Source: Eledone cirrhosa (lineage: Eukaryota). From it: DNA of 64,000 nucleotides. Both the position numbers and the translations under genes were made by a program. Every line of letters starts with the position of its first letter. Positions within the stretch are counted from its first letter, which is position 1. The DNA lies in assembly GCA_964016885.1 (NCBI GenBank), contig OZ024742.1:61814001-61878000 (forward strand). Reading direction: 5' to 3'. Below are positions 37,690-50,358 of the stretch, piece after piece. The notes under the pieces were generated by a model, which was not told the origin of the DNA, did no database searches, and saw only the letters and a program-made list of their open reading frames with translations.

Positions 37690-40600
37690 ATTGAAGGTAG
37701 TGAGTTTGGCTTTTATACCAACCTACCTCTACCTTCTTCTGATCCCTGAATGCTGATGCTGGCACAATACTATTCCAGCTTCTACATTTCTTGCACCACA
37801 TAATTCAGTCTCCTGCCTTCCGATCCCGAGATATTTGAATTGTTCCACCTGCTTCAGTGGAACTCTACTCACATGTAGAGTGCATTTCGCAGTCTTCCTT
37901 GAGAGGACGAGTGTCTTGGTCTTCGCAGTACTTATTTTCATTCTTACCTTACTGCATTCGGTTGCAAACCTATCGAGTGCACGTTGGGGACCACTTTCTC
38001 ACGAGTTAAGTAAGACCATGTCGTCAACAAATTTCAGCCCACTGATCCTACACCTGCCAATCTTGATACTGCTTCCATCCCAGCCGTACAGGTCAAACCT
38101 GTTCATGAAAATTATGAACGGGAGAGGTGACAGCATGCATCCTTGGTAAAGTCCGACACACACATTTATCCGAACACAAATACTATGGGGGGGGGGTGTT
38201 GAAAGAAGCTCCCTATTGTAAATTACTTATAACTTTGGGCCTACTGTGACCACTTGTGACAACATTCATGACCGCATATTAATGTAAGATGAAGGCCCTC
38301 CTCTTTTTGCACGCACTATCCGTGAGTGGTTTAGTGTCTAATTTCCATGACCCTGGATGGGTCATCGAAGTCTGCATGATCTACCATCAAGATGCTCTGA
38401 TTTAACCCCATGCGATTTTTCCTATAGGGTTGGACGAAGGAAAAAGTTTAAAGTTCAAAACCAAACGCTCTGATTCGATTGGAGGAACGTATTAGTCATA
38501 TACTCACCAACATATCATTAATGAAGTCAGTTGAGGATATACCCAGACGATTACAAACGCTGGTAGACAACGCTGGTGCTTTTGTAAAATTTTAACACTA
38601 CCATTATACTGTTCAAAATATAACATTTTATAAAAATCGATCAAGAGTTGATAAAGTTATTAACGATTTTAGATAGAGAGTTTCTTTCCACCCACCCTGT
38701 AGACATCAGAGCAAACAAGGAACTGTCCATCGATCCCATTTCCTGCAGAATCTTCCACAACAGATCCCATGGAACGCGGTTATATGCCTTTTCGAGGTCT
38801 ATGAAACAACCATACTTCTCTTGGTAATACACCCACGATTTCTCAAATAACTGCCGAGGCAGTCAATATTTGGTCGGTTATGCTGCGTCTGGGAGGAAAA
38901 CCACACTGTTCGGAAGCTAGACGATCTCTCTACATATCTTTGTCAGACACTTAGCATAGAGTTTACCGGGGAGGCTTAACAGGGAGATCCATCTGTAATT
39001 GGAACAATCTCTATTGACCCATTTTTTTTTAAATTGGGATTATCACTCCCAATTGCCATTCCTTAGGAGCTGTTCAAGAGATCTAGGCCACCCGGCACAC
39101 ACGAGTAAGTCAAGGAATACCATCTCTATTTAAGGCTTTTAACATCTTATTACGATGTCAGTGGATGGTCTACCAGAACATTTTATTTGCTTATCTGAAG
39201 TCAGATTCCAGCTTAACACCAAAGTCCTACCATATCTTACCTTTCGACGCCTTTTCTGTCTCGGCTGTGACCTTTTGAGTCTGGTTGTGCTGCAAGAACA
39301 AGAAGTGGGACTTATTTCCAAACCAAGCTTCGTAAGCTTTCGTTTTTGCTCGAATGGCATATTTGACCTCTTGATTGATTGAAGGGTCTTCCTACCATTC
39401 GATGTCACACCAAGCCGCTTTCGCCCGCAGTATTTAACAACGGAAGCAGGGACTGTCAAGTTAAACAGTCTCCACTCCGTTTCAACGCTCTCAGTTTGCT
39501 CATGGAATCCTCCGATGCAATAGTATCCACAAACCTGGTCCTGACTTCCTTATCTGCGTGCGCTTCCAAATTTATCCTGTAGGTCGAGCTGGATCAGCAA
39601 GTTTTGTGGGCTTCGTTGGCTGATAACTATAATCTGCAGATTGTGATCAGTTGACAGCTCGGCTCCTCTCTTAACTGGAATATCCAGCAAAGAATCAAAG
39701 AGATCTGAAACAATAGCAAAATCAATTATTGATCTCTGTCTCGGAGTACCCTTATACCATGTCTAATTAAGGATGTCTTTGTGTCAGAAAAAGGTGTTCA
39801 TAATAGAGAGTCCATTACTAGAACAGCAGTTTAATAAGGCATCCCCATTCGTATTTAGATCAGGATGGCCTTTCCTCACAATCACTCCATTCCATGTCAA
39901 GTGATCAGTGCCAACATATGATTTGAAGTCTCCCATCAGGATATATGACTCTTAACTACATTTCACGCTGCAGTGACTTCCTCACGGAAGGACTTATATT
40001 CAGACTCTCTGTTTCGCGCATATCTTTCAGCCTAAATTTCAACAAGCAAATCCTCGCTCTTAATGGATCCAGTCCACAACACATTCTGGCTGTCGGAGGC
40101 TTTTGATTATCCCCACTTCCGCCTATACAGTCATTTCTAGTGCCACACCTTATTAGTGGAGTTTTCATCTTTCATCCAAATCTAAAATACCAGAGCCGTG
40201 GAACTTTTTTGAGGAAACCCCGACTATATCTAACCGGTAGCATCTGGCCTCCTCCATCAGTCCATGCTCCTTACCTGTGGGGGTTGTAATGTTCCAGTAG
40301 CCAATTGTTAAAATCTGTTCTCTACCGGACCCTCTTTGAGTTCTCGGGAAACACTACCTTTGTTCGTCCATCCCTCGCTTCCCAGAACAAGTTACAAGCC
40401 CATTGCTAATTCATGCAGCGTTGTATGTATACTATAATATATTTTTTGAACAGGCCGCTCTACCTGGGGCCTAAACGTGTCCCTTGTTATACCGTGCGAA
40501 GTACGATGCGGTACGATTGCCTTTATTTCGTCTAACGATACTGCTATGTTTTATTGGCCTTATTTGCGCCAATCACCAACGAAGACAAGGCTTTTGTAGA

Positions 40601-40800
40601 GGCGACCTTTACACGCCTCATTATAGCCACATCACTAAGTTGTGAGAGTTCTCTTGGGAGCTAACCGTGTCACCCATTTCTCCATCTCCCTTAGTTGTTT
40701 ACCGGGTTGGTCGTTAGTCCGGCAGGAGCCCGCTTATACCTCAACTAACAATCAGGTCTGGTGGTCGTGTAACTATCCACCACCTGCGACCCGTTCTCTA
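37690..40800 (-). mobile_element. Decayed RTE-clade LINE (Expander/Rex3-like), APE + RT
   Basis: The minus strand from ~40307 reads IGYWNITTPTGKEHGLMEEARCYRLDIVGVS (APE start), then MGDFK, CFIDLEKAYNRVP, QGCMLSP and KISTAKTKTLV..VEQFKYLG. There are many stops. Confidence 0.85.
38185..38701 (+). mobile_element. Internally deleted Tc1/mariner element nested in the RTE
   Basis: Decayed transposase C-terminus ..DEGPPLFARTIREW..PSRCSDLTPCDFFL.GW (cf. QDGAPPH..WPxRSPDLTPCDFFLWG). It has imperfect TIRs (GGGTGTTGAAAGAAGCTC vs reverse complement CAGGGTGGGTGGAAAGAAACTC) and TA flanks. Confidence 0.8.
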
Positions 40801-41455
40801 GCAGAACAGCTCTGTTGAGAAGAGTTCTCAATATGTATATTAAGCATAAACGTCTGAATGATCAAACGTGCTTTTTGTGTCTGTGAAAATTTGATTAATG
40901 TGATTCTGAGTCAAACTGTTAATACAAATATAGATATGTATGGGGGGGGGGAGCTACGACGAAACTACCATATATATGTGTGTATGAGTAGAAGAATGTA
41001 TATGTATTTATATATTGATACATATATAGATGCGTTTAACTGAGTCTACTTTCTTGAAAACATTCAATCCAAATCTCCGATTTGAAGATATCTTTCCTCT
41101 TCCGTCCAACCAATCTCTGAGGCCTTGAAATAGGTCGTGAGCCATGTCTTTCCCTACCAGACTAAATAATAAAGAAAATAAATTCAATTCTTTCTGTTTG
41201 GAAAACTTCACTTCGGCATTGTTACATCAGGTATGCTATAGATAATATTTGTAGTAATTTATAAATAAGCAAGGTTGAGTTAAAGAGATGAAAACGACTT
41301 CAGTTCCATCCAGCGGAACAAGGATCAAGGTGAATGCATAATTTGGGGCACGGTCTTCGGAATAGCTTAATAATGCTTGAAACTACTTTTTGGCAACAAA
41401 TCTAGAAAATATTCATGGCCTTGAAATGATATCAAATTATCGCATGAAGAATGCG

Positions 41456-41501
<46 letters not shown>

Positions 41502-41522
41502 ATATATATATGTTTATATATA

Positions 41523-41631
<109 letters not shown>

Positions 41632-42433
41632 GGATGGATAGATAGAGTCTTTTATTACAACTAGGATTTTCTTAAAATTTTGACAGCCATTAATATAGTG
41701 TGTACAATCACCACTACTCCATTGCATACTTACTCCATCCTACCCAACCACTAAAATATAAAATAACAAATGTAATTTTAATTAAGAATTAAAGTTTTAG
41801 TGCAGCCACAATATATGACACGAGCAGATATTATGAGTATCCTTAATAAATCTTACTAAATTTCTGACTTAAATTGATGAATTAAATTGCGGGTGAAATT
41901 TCCTTTAAATGGCACTATCTCGAAGACAAACAAAAGAATAATAAAACAAACAAAAATTCTTAGCTGTCATGGAATTGTTAAAACTAATGAGATTTTAAGA
42001 TCGTATTTAGAAAGCGAAAAAAATAGCTTGTAGTTTAATATTGGATGCAACGTACTTGTTTTTATTTTGTTTTTTTCATGATATTTTGTTTTTGTATTTT
42101 TTTTTCTACAGCCTGTGGAAAATAAAACATTGGAATGTTTTGTTTTGTTTTTTGTTGTTTTTGTTTAGGGGGCGGGAGATAGTTGGGGATGTAGAATTAT
42201 TTTTTCAACTACACAAAATGTCATATTTGATATGAGCTAATTCGTCTAAGGCAGTGGATTAGCATAGTTGTTAGGGACATCCATTGGCGTTGGGGAATGT
42301 TTTATAGGTACCTGTTTTGAATCTCTGTGTTCAAAGTTGTTTTTTTTCTGCTGATGTCAAAATGTCAAATTTGTAATTCATACTTTCGAGGTCAAAATAT
42401 AAAGTACGAATCCAGTACTAGCATCGATTCTCC

Positions 42434-42465
<32 letters not shown>

Positions 42466-42629
42466 CTCTCCCCCCCTCTCTCTCTCTCCCTCTCTCTCAT
42501 CCTCTCTCTCTCTTGTTCCGTCGGAACAAGAACGTTTGTGGTATTTATCTTGCTTCTCTGTGCTCTGAGTTTAAATTCCGCCGAGTTCAACTTTGCCTTT
42601 CATCCTACCATGATCGGTATGATAAGTAA

Positions 42630-43158
42630 AAATTGATTCCTGGGGTCATTCTAATCGATTGCGGTTTGATGTATTGATATATCATCAGTCACTTAGACTT
42701 TCCTCCTTGGGAAATCGATAAAATAATGTATAGATGTAAAATTAGTAAAAAGTCTAAAGTCTATCTGAAGCCCGGGGGCTCATTAGACTTATCTTGGTGT
42801 CCTTGGTGTTAAGCAACTGAGAGTACAAGACTTCCCTCTCCACTAGACAGAACACCAGACATCTGCGGGATTAATCCCTGGCTACCATTGGTACTCATTT
42901 TTAGTTGAATGTACTGCAGCAACGCGAAATGAAGTCAAGACTTCCCACCCCACTGGACAGGACGCCAGTCCATTGCAAAGTTACACCCCCCCCCCCCCCC
43001 CAAGTGGTGCTAGGACTCATTTTTAGCTCAGTGTACTGGAACAACGCGAAACGAAGTGTTTTGCTAAAGAACACAACACACAACTCGGTCTGAAAATCGA
43101 ACGCACAACATTATAATCATAAATCCAAACCCTCAGGCACTAGGCTACGCACCTTCAC
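42630..43158 (-). mobile_element. SINE with CORE-like and V-domain-like segments and an (AGACTTT)n tail, plus adjacent degenerate SINE sequence
   Basis: The minus strand has a tRNA head GAAGGTGCGTAGCCTAGTG and a V-like TGCAATGGACTGGCGTCCTGTCCAG. Related copies lie at 44295-44695 and 53000-53262. Confidence 0.65.
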
Positions 43159-43746
43159 AAAGTCGTAAAGCCGTACAATGTGACGATTCCATATCCTGCT
43201 GCAGTCAACTTTGCCTTTCGTACTTTATGGGTCAAAAGATAAAGTACCAGTCAAGGGCAGTGGTTTAGCGGTATTCTTAGAGTATCGGACAAGATTACTT
43301 GCGGTATTTGTTCTAATGGATAACTGTTGCAAGCATTCAGGCTGTTTTAAGAATATCTTCATCCTTCCTTTCTACCAGACTTGGTGGCCTTTCTTCCCTG
43401 TCTAAGCTGCCTAAACATTTTTATATACCAGTCAACTACTGAGGCTGGTTTATTATTTCTATAATGCACACTTAAGAAGAAGAAGAAGAAGAAGAATTTC
43501 TTTCAATTCAGTTTAATTTCACACAGTTTGAAGGATTCTCCATCGATTTTGACTATAAGAGTTCCGTTGTTTGATCACCTGGACCGTTCAACTCATTAAT
43601 TAACGAGTAAATGGTTGAGTATCCCACAGTAATATGTTCTTTTAATGTAATTCCCAAGCTGAATCAGTGTGGTACAATATGTGACGAGAAAAATGTTTTT
43701 AATTAATGATACAATCTTCTCATTGTGTTATAGTATAAGTGGATAG

Positions 43747-44180
43747 GCGGTAGATTGGCAGTATCGGTAGAGCGTCGGACAACATGCTTTGCAGCATACA
43801 GTTACGATTCTTTACCTTCTAATTTCAAGTCCTGCCGATGTTAGCTTTGCGTTTTATCCTTACAGGGTCGATAAAACAAAGTACCCGTAACGTACTAGGG
43901 TTGATTTAATGGACTTTCCCATCCCAAACATTGTTGGCCTTGTGCCTATATCAGAAGCCATGATAGTGTATATGGTTAAAGCGGTGTGTTGGGCAACATG
44001 CTTTGCGGCTTATAGTTATGACCCTTTACGTTTTGAGATCAAATTTCGCAGAGGTTAGCTTTATCTTTCATACTTACGAGGTCGATAAAATAAAATACCA
44101 CTAACGCACTGGGTTCGATTAAATGGACCTTTTCCTTCTCTTCAAATTGCTGAGCTTGCACCAAAAGTAGAAACAATTAT
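43747..44180 (+). mobile_element. Two tandem tRNA-derived SINEs
   Basis: GCGGTAGATTGGCAGTATCGGTAGAGCGTCGG head, with ends GGCCTTGTGCCTATATCAGAAG and CTTGCACCAAAAGTAGAAACAATTA. Confidence 0.8.
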
Positions 44181-44294
44181 AGAGTGAGTGGTTGAGTATT
44201 CCACAGATACGTGTATCCTTAGTATAATTAAATTTCAAGCAGAATCAGCGTGATATGGCTGGAACTTTGAATTACATTCTATCCGTCTACCGTA

Positions 44295-44695
44295 CAAATT
44301 GACTCCTAAGGTCATTCTAATCGATTGCGGTTTGATTTATTGATATATCGTCAATGACTTAGTCTTTCATACTTCGAAAATCAAGCAAATAATGTATGGA
44401 TGTAAAATTGGGGGAGTTGTCAAAGTCTAAAGTCTGTCTGAAGCTCGGAGGCTCATTAGACCGGCACTTGTCCCGGTTTCCTTGGCGTTAAGCGACTGAG
44501 AGTACAAGACTTCCCACTCCACTAGACAGGACACCTGTCATCTGCGGGATTAATCCCCGGCTATCGGTGGTACTCATTTTCAGTTGAATATACTACAACA
44601 ACACGAAATGAAGTCCCTTGCTCAAGGACACTACAAGACAACCTGTCTGGAAACTGAACCTACGAAGCCCAACACCCTAACCACTAGGCTACCAT
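44295..44695 (-). mobile_element. Second copy of the 42630 composite repeat
   Basis: Shared GGTCATTCTAATCGATTGCGGTTTGAT and AAAGTCTAAAGTCT..GGCTCATTAGAC blocks. Confidence 0.75.
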
Positions 44696-44948
44696 TTCAA
44701 ATTTGGCTTTTCATTTTATTATAGTCCATCATATATCAAAAGATCCCCAATAACAACTTCACTTAATCCCCCTTTAATATATGCTACTGATAGAGAAATG
44801 CCAAATATCGAACTGTAAGTAGAACAACGAGAAAATGTAATCAAATGTTTGAGAGGAAATATTATAATTTTTCGGACGATTAAACTTATCTTTAATTTAC
44901 AATGTTTATTTCTACGTTGTGATGTTTCTATTGATTTCATCTCCTCTG

Positions 44949-45093
44949 ATCATCATCATCATCATCATCATCATCATCGTCGTCGTCGTCAGCATCCTCA
45001 TCATCACCATCCTCATCATCATCATCATCGTCATCACCCTCATCAACATCTTTATCATTATCGTCACCATCTTCATAACAAACATCATCCTCA

Positions 45094-45167
<74 letters not shown>

Positions 45168-45240
45168 GTCGTCGTCGTCGTCGTCGTCGTCGTCATCATC
45201 ATCCTATCCATCGTCGTTGTACACCATCATCATCGCCATC
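44949..45240. repeat. Mixed (CAT)n/(CGT)n trinucleotide tract
   Basis: Directly visible, and the source of the poly-His/Arg ORFs. Confidence 0.95.
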
Positions 45241-45344
45241 TCGGTCTTTATCGAGAGTGTTTAGAAAATGATAAAAATGTATCTTCAAACTGAAGACCTG
45301 GTTCCAATACTTGCAATAGATTGGACACCCAATTGCTAAGTGAA

Positions 45345-46280
45345 GGTATTAAACCAGCGATGACGTACGTCTATTAACCTTGTAGTTCACAATGGGGTTT
45401 GAAATCAGAATGCAAAGAATCGGAGCAAATAACACGAAACATTTCGTTCGACTCTCTAACAATTCCCCCAATTCGCTGTCCTGGACCGGTTCTTTATTTT
45501 TACCACCCCTCGAAATAATTGTTTTTACTTTTGGCACAAGGCCAGCAATGATCCAGTACATTACTGGTACTTTATTTTTTATCGACTCCCGTAAGGATGA
45601 AAGACAAAGTTAACCTCGACGGGATTTGAACTCAGACCATAAAGGGACTTAACTATGCTAGAAAGCATGGAGTCCGATCCTCTACCGATACTGCTAATTC
45701 ACCCCTCGAAATAATTGTTTCTACTATTGGCACAAGGCCAGCAATTACCCAGTGTATTACTGGTACTTTATTTTATCGACCCCGTAAGGATGAAAGGCAA
45801 AGTTAACCTCGGCGGGATTTGAACTCAGAATGGCAAGGGCCGTAACTCTATACGTCAAAGCATGGCATCCGACTCTCTACCGATACTGCCAATTCACCGC
45901 CCTTCGAAATAATAAAAGGAAATATTGATTTTAGTGAGATTTGAACTCAGAACGCAAAAAAAAAACAGGATAAATGCTACATGGCATTTCTTCTAGAGCT
46001 CTAACGATTCTGTCAATCTACCACCCTGGACTGGTCATGTCATGCACACTTGACGCCTGGTGGAGTCATACGGTGCCGGGCATTTAAAATCCAGTGGAAC
46101 CCATCTCTTCTTTAGAGAAAGAGGAGTGATAGAGAGAAAGTATAAAAGAGATATAGAAGAAGAATCGAACCCAGTACTAGACTGATACTTTCTTATCGAC
46201 ATCGGAAAAAAGAAAGTCAAAGTTGATCTCAGTGGAATGTGAACTCGGGGCGCAGAGTTGGAACAAATACCACAAAGCAG
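45345..46280 (-). mobile_element. Run of tRNA-derived SINE copies; the best preserved are 45517-45703 and 45713-45900
   Basis: Repeated TTTCTACTTTTGGCACAAGGCCAGCAAT...GGGATTTGAACTCAG...CTCTACCGATACTGC. Confidence 0.85.
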
Positions 46281-47313
46281 TCTATGTAGGGATGTCTTGG
46301 TGATAAACGTCATGGGTATTTCTAATCTGGTGGAACCCAACACTTTTCCAGTCTGAACACAGCCGATATCTTTCACGACTGGAAAGCAAACATTAATCGT
46401 TGGTCTGTTAGATCGGAGATTACTTAGGGCTAAACAGTAACAAAGGGAAGATCACATTTGATAATTTAGTTCTGGATACATTTTCTGAAAATAAAATGGG
46501 ATGATCGCAGCTGGAATATTTCTATCAGAGAGATCTGTCTGTTGGATCAAAACCGACCTCGGACTAAACAACAACAAAAGAACTATAACAGCAACTTTGT
46601 TACCTTGTACAAATGTAAAAAAAAAAAGAAAACAACTGCCCAACAAAACGAAAATAAAAACCAATAATATATAGAGAAATAAACAAATATAGAAATCAAA
46701 TATAATGGAAGAAAAACAATGCAGTGTCTAAATAAAATAGAGACAGAAAAAAAATAATGCACAAAACCAATCAGACACCTAAATAAAAGAAATGTGTTGC
46801 TATAGGCAACAGGTATGGGGGATTACACTATTCCTATAAAACACAGTTCACTCACACCTTTATATTTTATTTTAGTTTATTATTCATTTCGGTTTCTTTT
46901 AAAATAGATTATCAAATGTAGAAGTCAACAACGCCTACGACAAAATGTCCGCTGTAATTCCGGCACCGTAGTAATATATGGGACAATATCGTTTATTATA
47001 GAATTACAAAAGGTTGGACTGTGTTTTATATGTTTGGCTGGATTTAATAGAGAGGGGAAAAGGAGAAGAAAGAAAGGAAGAAATAAAGAGAGACAGAAAG
47101 AAAGAGAGAAAGAAAGAAAGCTACCGACAGAGATTGAGTGAGAAAGAGAGATAGAACAATAAAGAGAGAGAGGGACGAAGATTGTTTGTCCGTTAAATAA
47201 AAGATCAGTAGCGTAATGAATAGAGCGTGTTTAGCTGAAATTGCACACATATACGTACACGAACACATACACACAAACACAAACACACAGACACACACAC
47301 AGACACACACACA

Positions 47314-47458
<145 letters not shown>

Positions 47459-47889
47459 GAACAAACACACAAACACATACACAAACAAACACTCATGCAC
47501 TCTTGCACTCATGAACGCACAAAAATAAACTGACGCACGCCCACGAGCATACACGCACACACATACACTCACACACACACATACGTATTAGGTACATTTT
47601 ATGTTAGTAAATCAACTTACACTAGTGTATGTCTGTTTAGTGTATATTGGTATAACAATGAAGTAGAAGTCACCAGATTAGGATTTATACAATCGCTGTA
47701 TTTTGACGGTAACTGTTGTGTAACAATTAGGATCTCATCAGACGGCTATTACTGACTTCTACTTCGTTGGTATATATATATATATATATATAAGGTAAGC
47801 AAGTTCAAAGTCACTATTGTAGCAAATATATGAACTTTATTGGCATATTACAATCATTTTGATATCGATCATATCAGGGTTCAATCATA

Positions 47890-49030
47890 AACAATATGTT
47901 TGCTGTGTCTGTCCTAACACCAACGCTTGGAATACTCCATTAGACAACAGACGAAATCTCAGCTATTGATGTTAAAAACAGAAAAAGCCCAAGCACCGGA
48001 AACTTCCACATCAACAGTGATATAGACCGCCTCTACTTGAAAGACCTAACATCAGTCCAGACACCATTTTAGTGTCGCATCATATCTCTCTGACAACATC
48101 TACGAACCTCCAATAGTTAGCCTTTCTATTGAGCAAGTTTATCTACATAAGATAGGTAAGATCATGAGAGTTGGGAAGGAACTCCTTGAAAGATATTCCC
48201 TGCATGATAATCAAAAACTCACGCCCAGGGAAATTGCCCAGTAATACCGCAGTGAATCCATAGATGAAAAACTGCATGCTTATCAGCAAAAAATCATGTA
48301 TGAGTATTTTGCCAGGAAGCTCCAGAGTGAGAGAAATGTATGTAAGCAAAGTAGTCTATCTTGGGCCAACAACCGCTATATTGGCTCTCACTTTGAAGTA
48401 TATGATTTTGCAACCCAAGAACAGGAATGCAATACAAAATACCTGATTGACAAAAGAGATAGTCATGCTGGCAAAACACATAGATGAGACAACAAATGCA
48501 GACTCTGCAGAATTGTCATCGAAGATGTCACCCATGTCATAAGCAGCTGTCCAAAGATGTCATCACGGTACTATCTGCTTATCAGGCATGATTTAGTGGC
48601 CAAAACACTATACAATGCAATTCGTAGAGATGATAGACCCGACAATAAATACATTAAAAGTTACAGCAATGTGGAAGACATACACATACATAATATAAAA
48701 GAGTACTGATGGAATGTTCCAGTCAAAACCCCAATAAAATGCAAGCATAACAGACCAGATATATTGGGACAGGGAAAAGATGGAATGCACAGTAGTGGAG
48801 GTTAGCTGCCCAGCAGATACCAGTATAATATTAAAGATTTGCGAAAAGGAGAATATTTATGTAGAACTAATGAGGTATCTTCAGATACTCCCCACTGACT
48901 ATACATTTCAGATTTATACCTGTGATTATTGAGGTATTGAGATATGTTAGTAACTGTCTCAGTACAAATCTTGAGAGGCTGGGCTTCACAGAACCAGAAA
49001 GAACATGCTTAATTAGGAAATTAGTTTCTA
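47890..49030 (+). pseudogene. Decayed 3' half of an R4/Dong-like RLE retrotransposon (third family)
   Basis: Fragments FHINSDIDRLYL, FATQEQECNTKYL, CRLCRIVIEDVTHVISSCP..RHD, KHNRPDI and VVEVSCP. Confidence 0.8.
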
Positions 49031-49664
49031 GACTCTCACAGTTTCATCGTCCGGATAGTTGTTGGGTTATTTTTACTGCCGCTTTTCTTGAAACTATATG
49101 TGTTTTATAAAGTTTTATGTCGTTATCAGTTCATCAACATTCTATAGCCTTCTTAGCGGAATTTGAATCCAAAAACTTGACCATTAGTCATGCACTTCAA
49201 AAACCATGTGTTCATGATTATATATATAATGCGCTTGTGGCCGACACCATTTTCGGTATCTTGGCGATATAAGTATCGCTTCTAAGATTAAGCACATGTA
49301 TGTCATTCCACAAAACAAAGCTAGATAGAGGAACATTACTGAGTAATACATTTGTAATATGCTAGCGTTAATCGGGAAAGCGATAAGTATATGTCAATTT
49401 ATATATAAATCAATATATATATATATATTTATATATAAACCTGTTTAAGCCAATTATACTTTATGTATTTTCATTTCTAAGACAAATGTCAGATTTGGGC
49501 TTAAATGCTCATTCGACAGTCTGGGTAGTCCTAGCAACCCTTGAGTAGAATTTATTGTTTGAAGCAGGCAACCTGCGAAACACCAGAACTAAACGGTTTG
49601 AACCCTAAAATGCTTGGTTGCGAAACCAACGTCCGCAACATTAACAACAATGACGACGACAAAA

Positions 49665-50358
49665 ATAATGGTTTCTAATTTAGGTTCAAAGCCAGCAATT
49701 TTTATGAAGGGAGAAATCGATCCCAGCACTTTACTGGTACTTTAATTTATCGACCTCGAAAGGATGCAAGGCAAAGTTGACCTCGGCCAGATTTGAACTC
49801 AAAACCTAAAAAGGTCGGAACAAATGCAACAAAGCTTTTTGTACGACACTCTACCTCTAACGATTCTGCTAATCCACCACCAACAATAATAATAATAATT
49901 GTTTCTACTTTTGGCACAAGGCCAGCAATTACCCACTGTATTACTGGTACTTTATTTTATCGACCCCGTAAGGATGAAAGACAAAGTTAACCTTGGCGGG
50001 ATTTGAACTCAGAATGGCAAGGACAGTAACTCTATGCGTCAAAGCATGGTGTCCGACCCTCTACCGATACTGCCAACCCACCTTCAATCATGATAATAAT
50101 GGTAACATAAACAAAACAACAACAACAACAGTAATAATAATAATGGTTTCTGATTTAGGCACAAGACCAACAATTTGGGGGGAAGGGGAAAGTCGATTAA
50201 ATCGACCCAAGTACATTACTGGTGCTTTATTTTATCGGCCTGTAAAGATGAAAGACAAAGTTAACGTCGGTGAGATTTGAACTCAGTAAGTATAGAGCCA
50301 TAAACAATATGCTGCAAATCATGTTATCCGACGCTCTACCGATACTGCCAATCCACCA
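49665..50358 (-). mobile_element. Three tandem tRNA-derived SINEs separated by (TAA)/(CAA) runs
   Basis: Same head, core and tail as 9721. Confidence 0.85.

Noticed and set aside
43747-43835. tRNA-like A and B boxes considered as a tRNA gene
   Set aside because: There is no cloverleaf, and the sequence continues into a SINE body found in many copies.
44849-45293. Poly-His/Arg, poly-Ile/Val and poly-Met/Thr ORFs
   Set aside because: They are a (CAT)/(CGT) repeat open in several frames.
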